DNA from: Octopus bimaculoides
Taxonomy: Eukaryota
Direction of reading: 5' to 3'
NCBI RefSeq assembly: GCF_001194135.2
Contig: NC_068985.1
Span: 107,303,054-107,367,053, forward strand
Length of the DNA stretch: 64,000 bases
The stretch's first letter is position 1; each line of letters starts with the position of its first letter. This document shows positions 23,285-35,325 of the stretch, piece after piece. The notes below the pieces were generated by a model. That model made no database searches. It saw only the letters and a list, made by a program, of their open reading frames with translations, and had not been told where the DNA came from. Both the position numbers and the translations under genes were made by a program.

Positions 23285-26200
23285 AAATACATTCCAGCTA
23301 GAAAGACTTGGAGAAATAAACCAATCTGAAAAAAGACTATGGAAGCTCAAAGACCCAGCAAATAGACAAAAATTTAGAGATTTACTAATGGAAGCTTCTG
23401 ACAAAAGAGAGTAAGAGTTGGGGACATATAGCTTAGAGGACAATTGGAAGATCCTGTAGGACAATTTTCTGAGGGCTATGGATGAAATCTGTGGTTGGTG
23501 CAAAATCGCAGTTAGATTAAGGGTGACATGGTGGTGGAGTAATGAGGTTGACAGTGCTATAAAAGACAGGCCTGGAAAGATGGTGGAAGCAGAGAATTAT
23601 ATCAGGTAATGAAAGGGGCAGCTGGGCATCATATATATAGCAAAAGGAGTAGCTGAAGGTAAGAGATTTGCAAATGTTCTACAGCATGAGGTATTCAGGA
23701 TTGCAAAGCAGTGTCTCAGAGAAAATAGAGATGTGGCAGGTGAGAAATGTGTGCGAATGTATAATGGTATGCTTGCACTTAGTGACTCAGAGAAGAAAGA
23801 TGCATGGAAGTGCCACTATGAAAGGTTACTAAATGTGGAAAATGAATGGGAGAAGGAGAGTTTACCAAATATCAAGCCAATTGAGGGACCAGCTATCAGA
23901 GTTGATAGCATAATAGATAAGACAATTAAGGATATGAAAACAGAGGAAGCCCCTGGGCCATCAGAAATCACTGCTAAGAGGATTAAAATTTCAAGTGGTG
24001 TAGGATACAGCTTAGTCACCCGTATAGTTAGGCACCATCCCCAATGACTGGTGTAGTAGTAGTATTATAGTTAGCTGCTACAAGGGGAAAGGTGATTCCT
24101 TAGATAGAAACAACTACAGAGGTATTAAATTGCTAGGCCAAGTTATGAAAGTTACTGAGAGTAATCTTAATGACTTGGTCAAGCAATTTAATACCTCTGT
24201 AGTTGTTTCAATCTAAACTAGATGAGATGCAGTTTGGTTTTGTACCTAGGAAGAGTACCACAGATGCCATCTTCCTCGTGAGACAGCTGCAGGGAAAGTA
24301 CTTGGCCAAAAGTAAGCCATTGTACTTCACCTTCGTCAACCTGGAGAAAGCTCCCCATTCTGTTAAATGGTGGTCTCTAAGGAAGTTAGGCATGGAGAAG
24401 TGGCTTGCTAAAGCTTTATAAGCATGTACAGAGGTGCTGTCAGTAAGGTGAGAATCGGCCATGAATACATTGATGAATTTAGCATACAGGTAGGGGTTTA
24501 CCGGGGCTCAGTTCTCAGCCCACTCTTATTCATTATAGTCCGCCAGGCCATAACAGAGGAATTCAAAACTGGGTGACTATGGGAACTGCTGTATGCTGAT
24601 GAGCTTTCTCGAATTGGAGAATAATTCCAGGTATGGAAAAAAAAACTGGAATCAAAGGGCCTTAAAGTTAACCTAGCTAAAACCAAAGTTGTTGGCCCCT
24701 GCTCAGTATGTAGGAAAGGAGTTGGAAGAAATTCCATTGGTTTCACCCAGTGTAAATTATGGACACATTAGAGGTGCAGTGGAATCACGGGTAGATAAAC
24801 AGATAAAGTCATCTTTGTATGTGACATGTGCAGGAACAATAAGCACACAGGACTTAGATTCTCTCAAATACCCAAGAGGCTTTCTTGAGATTGTAGATAG
24901 TTTCTGTTACCTAAGTGACCAAATTAACAATGGTGGAGGATGCTCTGAAAGTATTGCTTCTAGAATAAGAATTGGGTGGGGGTAGTTCAGAGAGCTATTA
25001 CCTCTGTTGGCAACAAAAGGACTCTTTCTCAGAGTGAAAGGTAGACTATATGATGCTTGTGTGCGAACAGATATATTCCATGATAGTGAGACATGGGTTC
25101 TGAATGCAGAAGACATGCATAGACTGGAGAGAAATGAAAGTAGTTTGCTCCATTGAATGTGCAACATCAGTGCACATATACGGCAAAGTGCAAATGTATT
25201 GAGAGAAAAGTTGAGCACAAGAGGAATGAGATGTAGCATACAAGAGAGAAGACTATGCTGGTTTGGACATGTGATGCATATGAATGAGGACAGCTGCTTA
25301 AAGAAGTGCAGATCACTGAAAGTGGATGATGCCCACAGAAGAGGGAAACCCAGGAAGACGTGGGATGAAGTGGTAAGGACCAATCTCAGATTGTTGGGCC
25401 TCACGGAGGAAATGACAATGGACCGTGATGTACAGCAATAGGAAGTTGTAGAGAAGACCCGCCCATGTCAGCAAAACTGAGTTCTAGAAGCGGTCTGTGT
25501 CCCATCCACACTTAAGAAAACTTCTCACACACTCTACCACAACAAACCAAACTATATTTCTACATCTCTTCTCTTCCTCACATTTCTACTTCATACACTA
25601 TGCTTACCTCCCACTCCCCACCTCTTGGCCCTGTACCACTGTATCATTGTGCTCTGCTAGTCCCCAACCTGTGAGTTCCACCCACAGAAAGCTTTTCACT
25701 CACCTTATCCCAACAAACTAATCTACATCTCCACATCTCTTCCTCATATTTCCTCCTTCATACACTAATCCTAGCTCTCAATCCTGTTCTCATGGCCCTG
25801 TTCCTCTGTATCATTGTTATCCAGTAGCCCTCCGACTCTATATATACCTAAGTTTTCGCCACTTTTCCCCTCCCTCTGCACTCTTTAATCATTCTTCCTT
25901 CACAATATCCTACCACTTATAGTGTTTCGAACCTCAAGGGTATGCCCTGGTACTTTCCACCATCTATCTCTCTTTCTTTCTTTACTCAACCATCCCATTT
26001 ATATTCTGATCTCTGTTCCTTGTGAGTATGCCCAGCATTTTGCCGCCATCTCCATCCTGTAGTCTCCTATTTTCTCTCTCTCTCTCTCCTGCACCTCCCT
26101 CAGGTTGGGTAACCACATATTTCCTTTGCAGTAGCACACCGGTTTCTGTCTTCATTCCTGATCTCTCTCTCTCTCTCTCTCTCTCCAGTCGGGTAGCCTT

Positions 26201-26540
26201 GGACCTCCTCTACAGCAAGACACCTGTTTCTGTCTCTCTGTCTCACTATAACCTTTCATCACCTGACACAAGATCAGCTCCTCCAATGCCTCCTCCCCTC
26301 TTAAAGTTTTTTTTTGTCTTGCAAGTACTTGGTGACTCTATCAGTGCAGGTGCCACTTAAAAGCACCCAGTCCACACTGTAAAGTGGTTGGTGTTAAGAA
26401 AGGCATCCAGCGGTAAAAATCCTGCCAAAACAATCACAGAAGTCTGGTGCAGGCTTCTGCCTGACCGGCTCTTGTGAAACTGTCCCACCCATGCTAGCAT
26501 GGAAGGTGGATGTTAAACGACGATGTTGATGATGGTGATG
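23285..26540 (+). mobile_element. RTE-clade LINE, 5'-truncated (linker + RT + C-terminus + CT-rich 3'UTR + (GAT)n tail), frameshifted
   Basis: Fragments RVTWWWSNEVD, KDAWKCHYERLLNVENEW, LDEMQFGFVPRKSTTDAIFLVRQLQGKY, WELLYADE, RRLCWFGHVMHM, RGKPRKTWDEVV; ends ccatgctagcatgg...gttaaacgacgatg. Confidence 0.92.
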
Positions 26541-26709
26541 TCCTGTGACACATCACTTGTGAAGAAGCCCAGATGTGTTTTTGTAGTGGACTGCAAGCAA
26601 ATGACACTATTTACAAAGCCATTGTCTGCAAACAAGCAGACGCATGTAGACTTGAGAAATACAGACACACATGTATACATACATATATGATGGGCTTCTT
26701 TTAGTTTCC

Positions 26710-26945
26710 TTATTTCTTTACTGCCCACAAGGGGCTACACACAGAGGGGACAAGCAAGCACAGACAAACGGATTAAGTCGATTACATCGACCCCAGTGTG
26801 TAACTGGTACTTATTTAATCGACCCCGAAAGGATGAAAGGCAAAGTCGACCTCATTGGAATTAGAACTCAGAACATAGCAGCAGATGAAATACCGCTAAG
26901 CATTTCGCCCAGCGTGCTAACGTTTCTGCCAGCTCACCACCTTCA
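26710..26945 (-). mobile_element. MetaSINE-like element, young, with a 17-bp TSD, nested in an older SINE
   Basis: TSD ggcttcttttagtttcc at 26693-26709 and 26946-26962; core gcctttcatcctttcggggtcgattaaataagtaccag (reverse complement). Confidence 0.88.
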
Positions 26946-27344
26946 GGCTTCTTTTAGTTTCCATCCACCAAATCCACTCACAAGGTTACCTAAAATTAAA
27001 ACAAATTGGAATAGAGAATATTTGATATGTAGTGAATTGCCATAAAAGGTTGACTATATTCAGTGATGTTCAATGAGATGAACTCACATCCACAAACTTG
27101 CTTTGCAATTTAAACTAAGTCAGCTGACATACCATATTTGCAGCCAGATCAGCAGCAGCATTACATTGCAATCCTTTCTGCATTCCTTTTTAATCAAGTT
27201 TACAACTACCCTGCAGTCTGCTTCTTTCTTTGTTAAAATATGTTTGTTAGTAAATTGTGTGGTTCTACAGAACATAGTTGATCCGTAGAGAAATAAAAAT
27301 AATGAATGTAAGGGTTTCAGTTTAACCTAGCACCGGCCAATTTA

Positions 27345-27990
27345 ATTATCATCATCATCATTTAACATTCACTTTTCCAAGCTGGCATGGGATGGATGGT
27401 TCAATGGGATCCAATGAGTCAGAAGACAGTATCAAGCTCTAATGTACGCTTTGATATGGTTTCTGTGGATGGATGTCCTTCATAATACCGACCACTTTAC
27501 AGAGTATTGTTTTGTTTTTTGTTTCTTTTTTTTAAGATACCAGCACTAGCAAATATGGTAAGTAATTTGCTAGGCAAAAATGCTTCCTTGACTGAGTTGG
27601 ACCATAGTAGAGAGGAGAGTGGCTTTATACCTGGTATTGAGAGGTTGATATATATGAAAGAGGAACAGGCATAGATGTCTTGCTAGAGAGAAAATATATG
27701 GCTATCCTGCATTATATGACATGGGTGGAAATAGCTGGAAAGAAGACAAAGATGGTGGTGACAAGGTGTCAGAATATAATCTCAAGATACAAGGTGAGCC
27801 TAAGAGAGAATATAAAGAATCTGGAATGGTGGGTGTATGAGTTTATAAGATTATGAGAGAAAAGTGACAGATGGTTAAAGATGGGGATAGAGGTGAATGG
27901 TGAACAAGAGTAAGAGACATGGTTTTCAAACATATTTGAAAAAGGAAAGAAGCAGTGTGGTTATAAACAGAGAGACAGCTAACAATGATC
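27345..27990 (-). mobile_element. RTE 3' end, long-3'UTR subfamily, degenerate
   Basis: (CAT)n + tail, then a GA-rich region approximately reverse-complementary to 25500-26400. Confidence 0.6.
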
Positions 27991-28290
27991 AGTAACCACA
28001 CATCTGTAACCCATTAGCAACTATCAGGATCTTTACTATAAATGAACTATGTTATGTTCTTTACTTCTATATCTGCTCCATTATCTTGTTGTATCACATG
28101 TGATATTCAAAAGAACCATCATTTGACAATAGAACATTGTAAAACAAATAGTAGTGGACTAGACCTGCTTTCATAATTAATTCATTGTTTCAATAGTTAG
28201 TATTTGTTCAGGCAGAATTTTTTTTTTTAGATATTGTTTCTTTTAAATCAAATATATATTTATTAGGTTAATGTAAATTGTCAACAATTA

Positions 28291-29033
28291 CACTGGTTTA
28301 TAGAGAAACAGAGGCAAACATAAAAATAGTTGTTCTAACCTAATTTTAGGGTGCTGATTTCAGATACAAAACCAGTTTTCACTCATCACCTCTAGATTTT
28401 GTGACATACATTATTGTGATTTTGCAACACGTAACCATATATATGATCAATTTTTTTTTTTTTTTTCCAGATTTTTGTGATACATATGATACATATCTCT
28501 ACAATGGCTCCAGGCACTTCAAAACACTGAAGATGCATCAACAAGGTAAATTCATTCTGCTACATATGTGGGGATTTCATAACAGTTGCACAGCACCAAA
28601 CAATTACTTCCCTCCTGAGAACTGTTTACTTTCATCATTTTGACTGTAAAATTGGAGATCAGGACAAATCCTGGGCCTCACACATCTGTTGTAAACCCTG
28701 CTACAATGGACTAACTGCATGGTTTAACAGCAAGAAAGTAGCCATCAACTTTGCTGTCCCGATGGTCCAGAGAGAGCCATGAAGCCGTGCAGATGATTAT
28801 TTTTGTTTAAGAAATATAACAGGTTTCAATGCTTCTTCTAGAAGAAAGATCAAATATCCCAACCTTCCCTTAGCTATAAGACCTGTTCCCCACTCAGATG
28901 ATCTCCCTGTCCCTAGCAAATAAAAGTGATAGAACAAAGCTGTTCAGAAAATTGAATTCACCACATCAAAATTAGTAAATTAGTAAATTCACATCCTTGC
29001 CTCATATCAAAAAAAAATTTTTGTAAACCAGTT
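28291..29033 (+). mobile_element. Chapaev3-like (CMC) DNA transposon, internally deleted
   Basis: Termini cactggttta...taaaccagt(t), TTA on both flanks. One frame 28504-28923 with two internal stops: FCYICGDF...CKIGDQDKSWASHICCKPCY...FAVPMVQREP...YFCL...YPNLPLAIRPVPHSDDLPVP. Family call is from recalled motifs. Confidence 0.75.
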
Positions 29034-29740
29034 TTATCAATAATTTAATTGTTTTATTGATGCAGTTACAATTATAAAGGTAGGGATATGTTATGCATGT
29101 GTTCGAGTGAATCATTCAAGCTGCACGTGTTACAGGTTGGAATTGTATGATTTTTTTTCTCCTCACACAGTCAGAGACTGTTGTCATATAGTCATGTAAA
29201 ATATTTAAGTATAGATATATATACACATATTTATACATAGACATAGTGAAATATAGTGATTATAAAGACAGAAGAATATTTATGATCCTGATACTTATCT
29301 CTCACTGCCTTGTCCTCTTAACTATTTTAATAGCTACCTTGTAGAGAGAAGTTACATCTGTCACATGAAGTAAGATAAACTCCTTGATACTAGGCTGTTT
29401 TATTTATATANNNNNNNNNNATATATATGGTAAAGCTTGAAACAGATAAAGCCGTAAATAATAGCATGTAAATATTGGGTTCAAAACCCCTCTGGATAGA
29501 AAACGTTGAAGACTACCCATGTGACTCAAACCCACATCACTTGTAAACATGATAGGTGTTCTACTTTTTTTCAATCCAGTATGTTTTTTAATCCAACATT
29601 TACATGCTATTATTAAAAACTTTATCTGCTTTGAGATTTACTGTTTCAAAAAAGAATTCATATTCTTGAAGTTTTGAAATGCCTATGACGTCAACAACAA
29701 CAACAACAGCACACACACACGTTTGTGTGTGTGCGTGTAA

Positions 29741-29957
29741 CCCTTTAATACAAACCTACATATGACCACCCCTGATTCTACAATGTAAGCTTCCTGTTTA
29801 TTGTGATATAAATGAAAGCCTTCTATCAAATTTTGGTGTTAATTTGTATTCCAAACACCAGCTTAGTAACAAAGCAATTGTAATAAATTTGTCATTATTT
29901 TCAAAATTAATTGAAACAAAGGCAATGTATTTCAATAGAAATATGGTAACAAAAGGA
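29741..29957. mobile_element. piggyBac MITE, family of 41567-41979, opposite orientation
   Basis: taa|cccttt ... aaaagga|ttaa; internal ttttcaaaattaattgaaacaaaggcaatgtatttc. Confidence 0.7.
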
Positions 29958-31368
29958 TTAAGAAATGCTCTTACATTTTAGTTGATTATGAATTCACAGT
30001 TAATTAAATGTTATAAACCAGCATTATAAAAATTATATTGTTTGTGAGAAGAAACATTGTTAGTTATTACAGAAAATCATTACATAACTGCCACTTAGAT
30101 CATATGAATTCTATGTAAAACTGGACAAGTGATATAAAAATAATTTCATTTTGATGACAACAAAATTAGTTTTGCATTTCGATATAATGCAGGGTAGCCT
30201 TGTATCTCCTCTATAGCAAAACACCTGGGCTTCTCCTTCCATTACACTTTAATCTCTCAAAACCTGACATAGACCCATCATCACTCCTATTCCATTTAGT
30301 CAAGGTGACTTCTTTCTTTTTCTTCTTTCTGTTCTTGTCTTGTGAGTTACTTGGGGACCTCACTAGTGCTGGTGGCATAGGAAAAAAAAAACACACCCAG
30401 TACACTCTATGAAGTGTTTGTTATTAGAAAGGGAATCCTGTCATAGAAATCATGTCAAAGATGACATTGGAGTTTGATGCAGAACTGAAGCTTGCTGTAC
30501 TCTGTCAAACTGTCCAACCCATTCCAGCATGGAAAATGGATGTTAAATGATGATGATGATGATAAAAAAAATTTTTTTGTTTTATATTTTCAAATGATAA
30601 CAATTGAGTTTGCACTTACTTTGGATGTATAATGATATTACATCAAGATCATACCTGCAAAGCTTTAGTGTTGTGTATTGAGAAATGAACATGGATCATT
30701 CTGGTTTATTCACAAGGTAAGATACACTTCAATAGTATCACTAATATGAATATGAGATAGCATAATCATAACTTTTTCCATCATAATTCAATGTCCACTT
30801 TTCCATGCTTGCAGTGGTCAGGTGGAATTGGTTGAGGCAAATTTTCTATAGCTAGATGCATTTCTGTCACCAATGTCCAATCAAGGTAATAGTTCCCCAT
30901 AGCCAGACATGTTTTTCACAGATGACTGGAAACAGATGGCTTCACTTGTATGACAGTGATACTTATTTACAATCATCACATGGTATCTAGGCAAGTGTAT
31001 ACACACACATACATGCACACACACACACACATGCACACACACACACAAATACATACATACAGGGTATTTGAGCTAAATATTTGACATGTTGGTGAACAGC
31101 CAATGGTGTTGGAGAGCATAACAGTTAGAGTTGAGAAAGAGTTAGCAGACATAGAGGACTAGAAGCCATCTGGGAAAGCCATGGGAAAGAGTAATTTGTA
31201 TTATGATGATTTGTGCCGAGTATCAAAGTACCAACATCATGCTGCTCAGTGTTCTGTGAACACTGTAAAATCTGTAAGATGCAACAGGGACAGCTGTAAC
31301 TGAGACTTTGAAGCTGTGGCCAGCAAGGACACAGCAGGCATTCTGACTGCATCCATATACTGGAATTA

Positions 31369-31863
31369 GGATCTTTATGGTTTGACGGCCAACACTTGTT
31401 TTCTTAACGAAACACTTTCAAACTTGGGATACTGGTAGAATGTGCCATATAAAACATCTTTTTCTCTTAGCCTTCTTAACAAAAATTACTTCTTAATAAG
31501 TTATTAAAACCCTAAAGCTAAAACCAGTACAAACGCAAGAACGATGTCATAAATAACAGTGACAAACGAAATATATACCACTGATAGTTGTTGTTGACAA
31601 ACAACGGCATTAATTTTATTCAAGGGAAAAGATCCCCTGACACCGTTGTTTACATTCCACAGCGTAATTGTTTTCACCTCAATAGACGTCAGTGATTGGT
31701 TGAAATTACCGAAATACGACAATGTTTTTACATGAAATAACTTCAAATACAAAATTTTTTATCTGTTCTATAACACAAAATATACAAGTATTCGAAGTTT
31801 GAAAGTGTTTCAGTACCAAAAACACTACATAAAAAAATGTTGGCCGTCAAACCATAAAGATCC
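31369..31863. mobile_element. 495-bp MITE with perfect 26-bp TIRs and an 8-bp TSD (Merlin-like)
   Basis: TIR ggatctttatggtttgacggccaaca and its exact reverse complement; TSD tggaatta at 31361-31368 and 31864-31871. Confidence 0.88.
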
Positions 31864-32261
31864 TGGAATTACTCCAGTAACTGCAAGATAAGGTGAGAAA
31901 AGATCCAAGCAAGCTCTGGTGCTGATGGCATGTAAAAAGCACCATTTAAGCATGGTCGATGCCAGTACTGCCTGATTGGCCCTCTTGCTGGTGGCAACCT
32001 TCTCTTATTAAATGTTTTAAGCTTCAGAGATCAAGATTTGGAAAGACTTCCGTTTGTACCCCACCAATCAATTTTCCACCATGTGTAATAAAAAAAAAAA
32101 AAAAATTATGGGGGTGGGGGTGAATGGGTACAAAAGGAAGTCATTCCCATGATTTTGAAAATTTAAGCATACTTTTAAAGAATCATAATCTCAGATATCT
32201 AAAACATACATGTCAAAAAAATTTTTAGGAAAAAAAAAGGATTGAGGAAAATCCCTCCATT

Positions 32262-32890
32262 NNNNNNNNNNNNNNNNNNNNNNNNNNNNNNNNNNNNNNN
32301 NNNNNNNNNNNNNNNNNNNNNNNNNNNNNNNNNNNNNNNNNNNNNNNNNNNNNNNNNNNNNNNNNNNNNNNNNNNNNNNNNNNNNNNNNNNNNNNNNNNN
32401 NNNNNNNNNNNNNNNNNNNNNNNNNNNNNNNNNNNNNNNNNNNNNNNNNNNNNNNNNNNNNNNNNNNNNNNNNNNNNNNNNNNNNNNNNNNNNNNNNNNN
32501 NNNNNNNNNNNNNNNNNNNNNNNNNNNNNNNNNNNNNNNNNNNNNNNNNNNNNNNNNNNNNNNNNNNNNNNNNNNNNNNNNNNNNNNNNNNNNNNNNNNN
32601 NNNNNNNNNNNNNNNNNNNNNNNNNNNNNNNNNNNNNNNNNNNNNNNNNNNNNNNNNNNNNNNNNNNNNNNNNNNNNNNNNNNNNNNNNNNNNNNNNNNN
32701 NNNNNNNNNNNNNNNNNNNNNNNNNNNNNNNNNNNNNNNNNNNNNNNNNNNNNNNNNNNNNNNNNNNNNNNNNNNNNNNNNNNNNNNNNNNNNNNNNNNN
32801 NNNNNNNNNNNNNNNNNNNNNNNNNNNNNNNNNNNNNNNNNNNNNNNNNNNNNNNNNNNNNNNNNNNNNNNNNNNNNNNNNNNNNNNNNN
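32262..32890. other. Assembly gap (other gaps: 6383-6392, 29411-29420, 35738-35837, 37643-38277, 43373-43382, 45275-45284)
   Basis: Runs of N. Confidence 1.
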
Positions 32891-33899
32891 CCGAAAAAAA
32901 AGAAAGAAATTTTTTAAAAAGGATGTTGTGGGGGGACGGGCGGAAGTCTTGCCACACATCCAAAGAAATTGCAGTTTTTGGCACACTAAATAATTTCTAA
33001 TCCACTTGAAACACTAATCAAGAAAGTATCCCTCCACATTCTACGTTCTTAAAGCGAGAAAGAGTATGGACTTAAAACATACAAAGTGTGTGTGAAAAAA
33101 AAAAAAAAAAAAGACGCGATGGTCAAATATGGAACATTTGGATCATGGCTAACTCCTGTTAAATAACATTTTACACACGTATATATGTAATGCAATGCCT
33201 AAAATGTATTTCCGCTATTCAAGAAATAAATCGACAAAAATAACGATGGTTTTCATTTATCTGTCAAATGTTACAGCTACTCTTATGAGTGAACAGTTAA
33301 AATGTACTGCTGTCAAAACATTTTAATAGACTGATACGTACATAAAAAGACAAAAAATAAAGATGTTTATTGTGCTGATTGATATTCCCTGTAGAGATAA
33401 GAGTGACAGATTCTTGCAGTTTGAACTAGCTATTACATACAAATGATACATACTAGCACTTAGCATAGGCACTCGCATATGGACAGAAGGGAAATTAGAT
33501 ACGGAGTGAGAGATGGCTGTATGTATAGATGGAAGAATGGATAGATAGAAAGAAAAACAAACAGATAAGTGATAGATAAATACACAGTTTAATAATGGAT
33601 ACAGGAAACTATGGAGAGAGAGAAGAAATTTTAAAATGATTAGACGAATGAAATATTCGTGAGTCAAAGTAAGAAGAAGAATGTACAGAATGAAGTAGTA
33701 ATGATCTGCAACACAGTAGTAGTGGTAATATAATAATAAAAATAATTGTTTCTTCTGCTGTTCACACAGCAGTAATAGTAGCGATATACTATCAGCAGCA
33801 GTGGCTGTCATTTTTGATAGGCTCCCATCCTACTCTTCCATAGACACACACACTTAAACACAGATCTCTTGTTCTAATTTTAACAGAAATTTAATGACC

Positions 33900-34830
33900 A
33901 CACTCTATCTGTCTCTCTGTCTCTCTTTCTCTCCCTCTCTCACTGTCAATGATGGCGTTACACTCAACCTTCTCCTCAGCACTCATACCTCCTTTCTTTC
34001 GTCACTCCAGCTATGCTTCCCCCCTCTCTAGTATACTTCTTTACTCTGTCTTCTCCTCACACATTCTTTGTCTCCCCGTCTCACTCATAACACTCTGCCT
34101 TCTCCTCTGTTTACCACGCATTCATTATCTTTATTTTATCACTCTCTCTTTCTCTCTTCCCCATTATATCTGAATTCTTGTTTAATCGTCCACTCTGATT
34201 GAAAGTTACTCTTTCACTCCATCACCCACACATTCTCTTTCTCTCTCTCATTTATATATAATTCTTTCTCGTTCGTTTTTCTTTCTCTTTCTATTCTTTC
34301 ACTCAAATTCCATGTCTCCCTCTTTTCCACTCTTCTCTTTCATCATGTTACTTTTACCCTCTCTCCGTCACTCATAGCAGGAGGGGAAATAAAAGATTAG
34401 TCATTTTATCCTTGAACAAAATTTAATGATCTTAGAGAGAGAGAGACAGACAGACAGACAGAGGGGGAAAGGGAAAAGAAAATGAAGAGGAGTAAAAAGG
34501 GTAACTGAATATTGGTGGTCAGAGAAGGGAGGGGAAAAAGAGAGAGAATAGAGTAAATTATGAGGATATAAGAAGAGAGAGGGGGGGAGAAAGAGAAAGG
34601 CGGGAGAGACGGAGGGAGGCGGAAATAAGAGCAAGAAAGAGGAATATAGAGGGAGAAGAGGCAAGAAAGAGGACTTAAGGGGAGGAGAAGAGGAAAGAAA
34701 AAGAATGCACAGGAGAAATTTACTGAAAAGAAAGATATTAAAATAGATGAAAAAGAAAACAAGAGAGAGGGGGAGAAGAAGAAAGTAATGAGAAATTTAT
34801 TTTTAACAGGTCAAGAAAAAGGCAAAAGAG
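33900..34830. repeat. Low-complexity CT-rich block (about 33900-34375) followed by a GA-rich block (about 34430-34830)
   Basis: Strong purine/pyrimidine strand skew; another CT-rich block at about 36490-36900. Confidence 0.85.
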
Positions 34831-35213
34831 GTGGAAGGAATCGGGTTATTTCGTTGGTTAAAAATCAGAGTATAATCGACACTGAAATATTTAATGTAGG
34901 ACAAGTTTAACATCAACAACAACAATAGGTGTTCCTTTTTTGTAAATTAGGGTCATGTTTGCACTATGGGAGACAAATTAATGCGTTGTGATGATGATGA
35001 CGGTGGTGGTGGTGGTGGTGTGGTGATATTAGGTTGGTCAGTACAAGAATGTTTTTTTTTTTTAAATATAAATAATTTATAATCCGTTGCTGAGTGTGAT
35101 CGTTTGGAACCAAGCACGGGAATAATGAAAAAATATTAAGAAAAAAAAAAATCTTGCAGATATTTATTGTAAGTCAAGCTGTGAATGAACTAGCTTCGAC
35201 TCTTGCACTGACC

Positions 35214-35325
35214 ATGGCCTCTGTTGATGTCAGTGTACAGCAAATGAAACACTTTAACACCGATGCACTTATTTTATTCCTCAGTAAACATGGAATTAGC
35301 CAGGCTGGTCTGAAATCTCTAAGAG
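35214..35325 (+). CDS. SAM-protein coding exon 1 (MASVDVSVQQMKHFNTDALILFLSKHGISQAGLKSLR)
   Basis: Strong Kozak context, consensus donor AG|gtaagt, N-terminal half of the SAM domain. Confidence 0.75.

Noticed and set aside
32199-33000. Long ORFs (250-260 aa) in the track; likewise 35645-36063 and 37400-38510
   Set aside because: They run through N gaps and are artefacts.
33255-33815. Three CTGTCA (TALE-homeodomain-like) motifs upstream of the SAM gene
   Set aside because: Short motifs within chance expectation; cannot be supported without conservation data.
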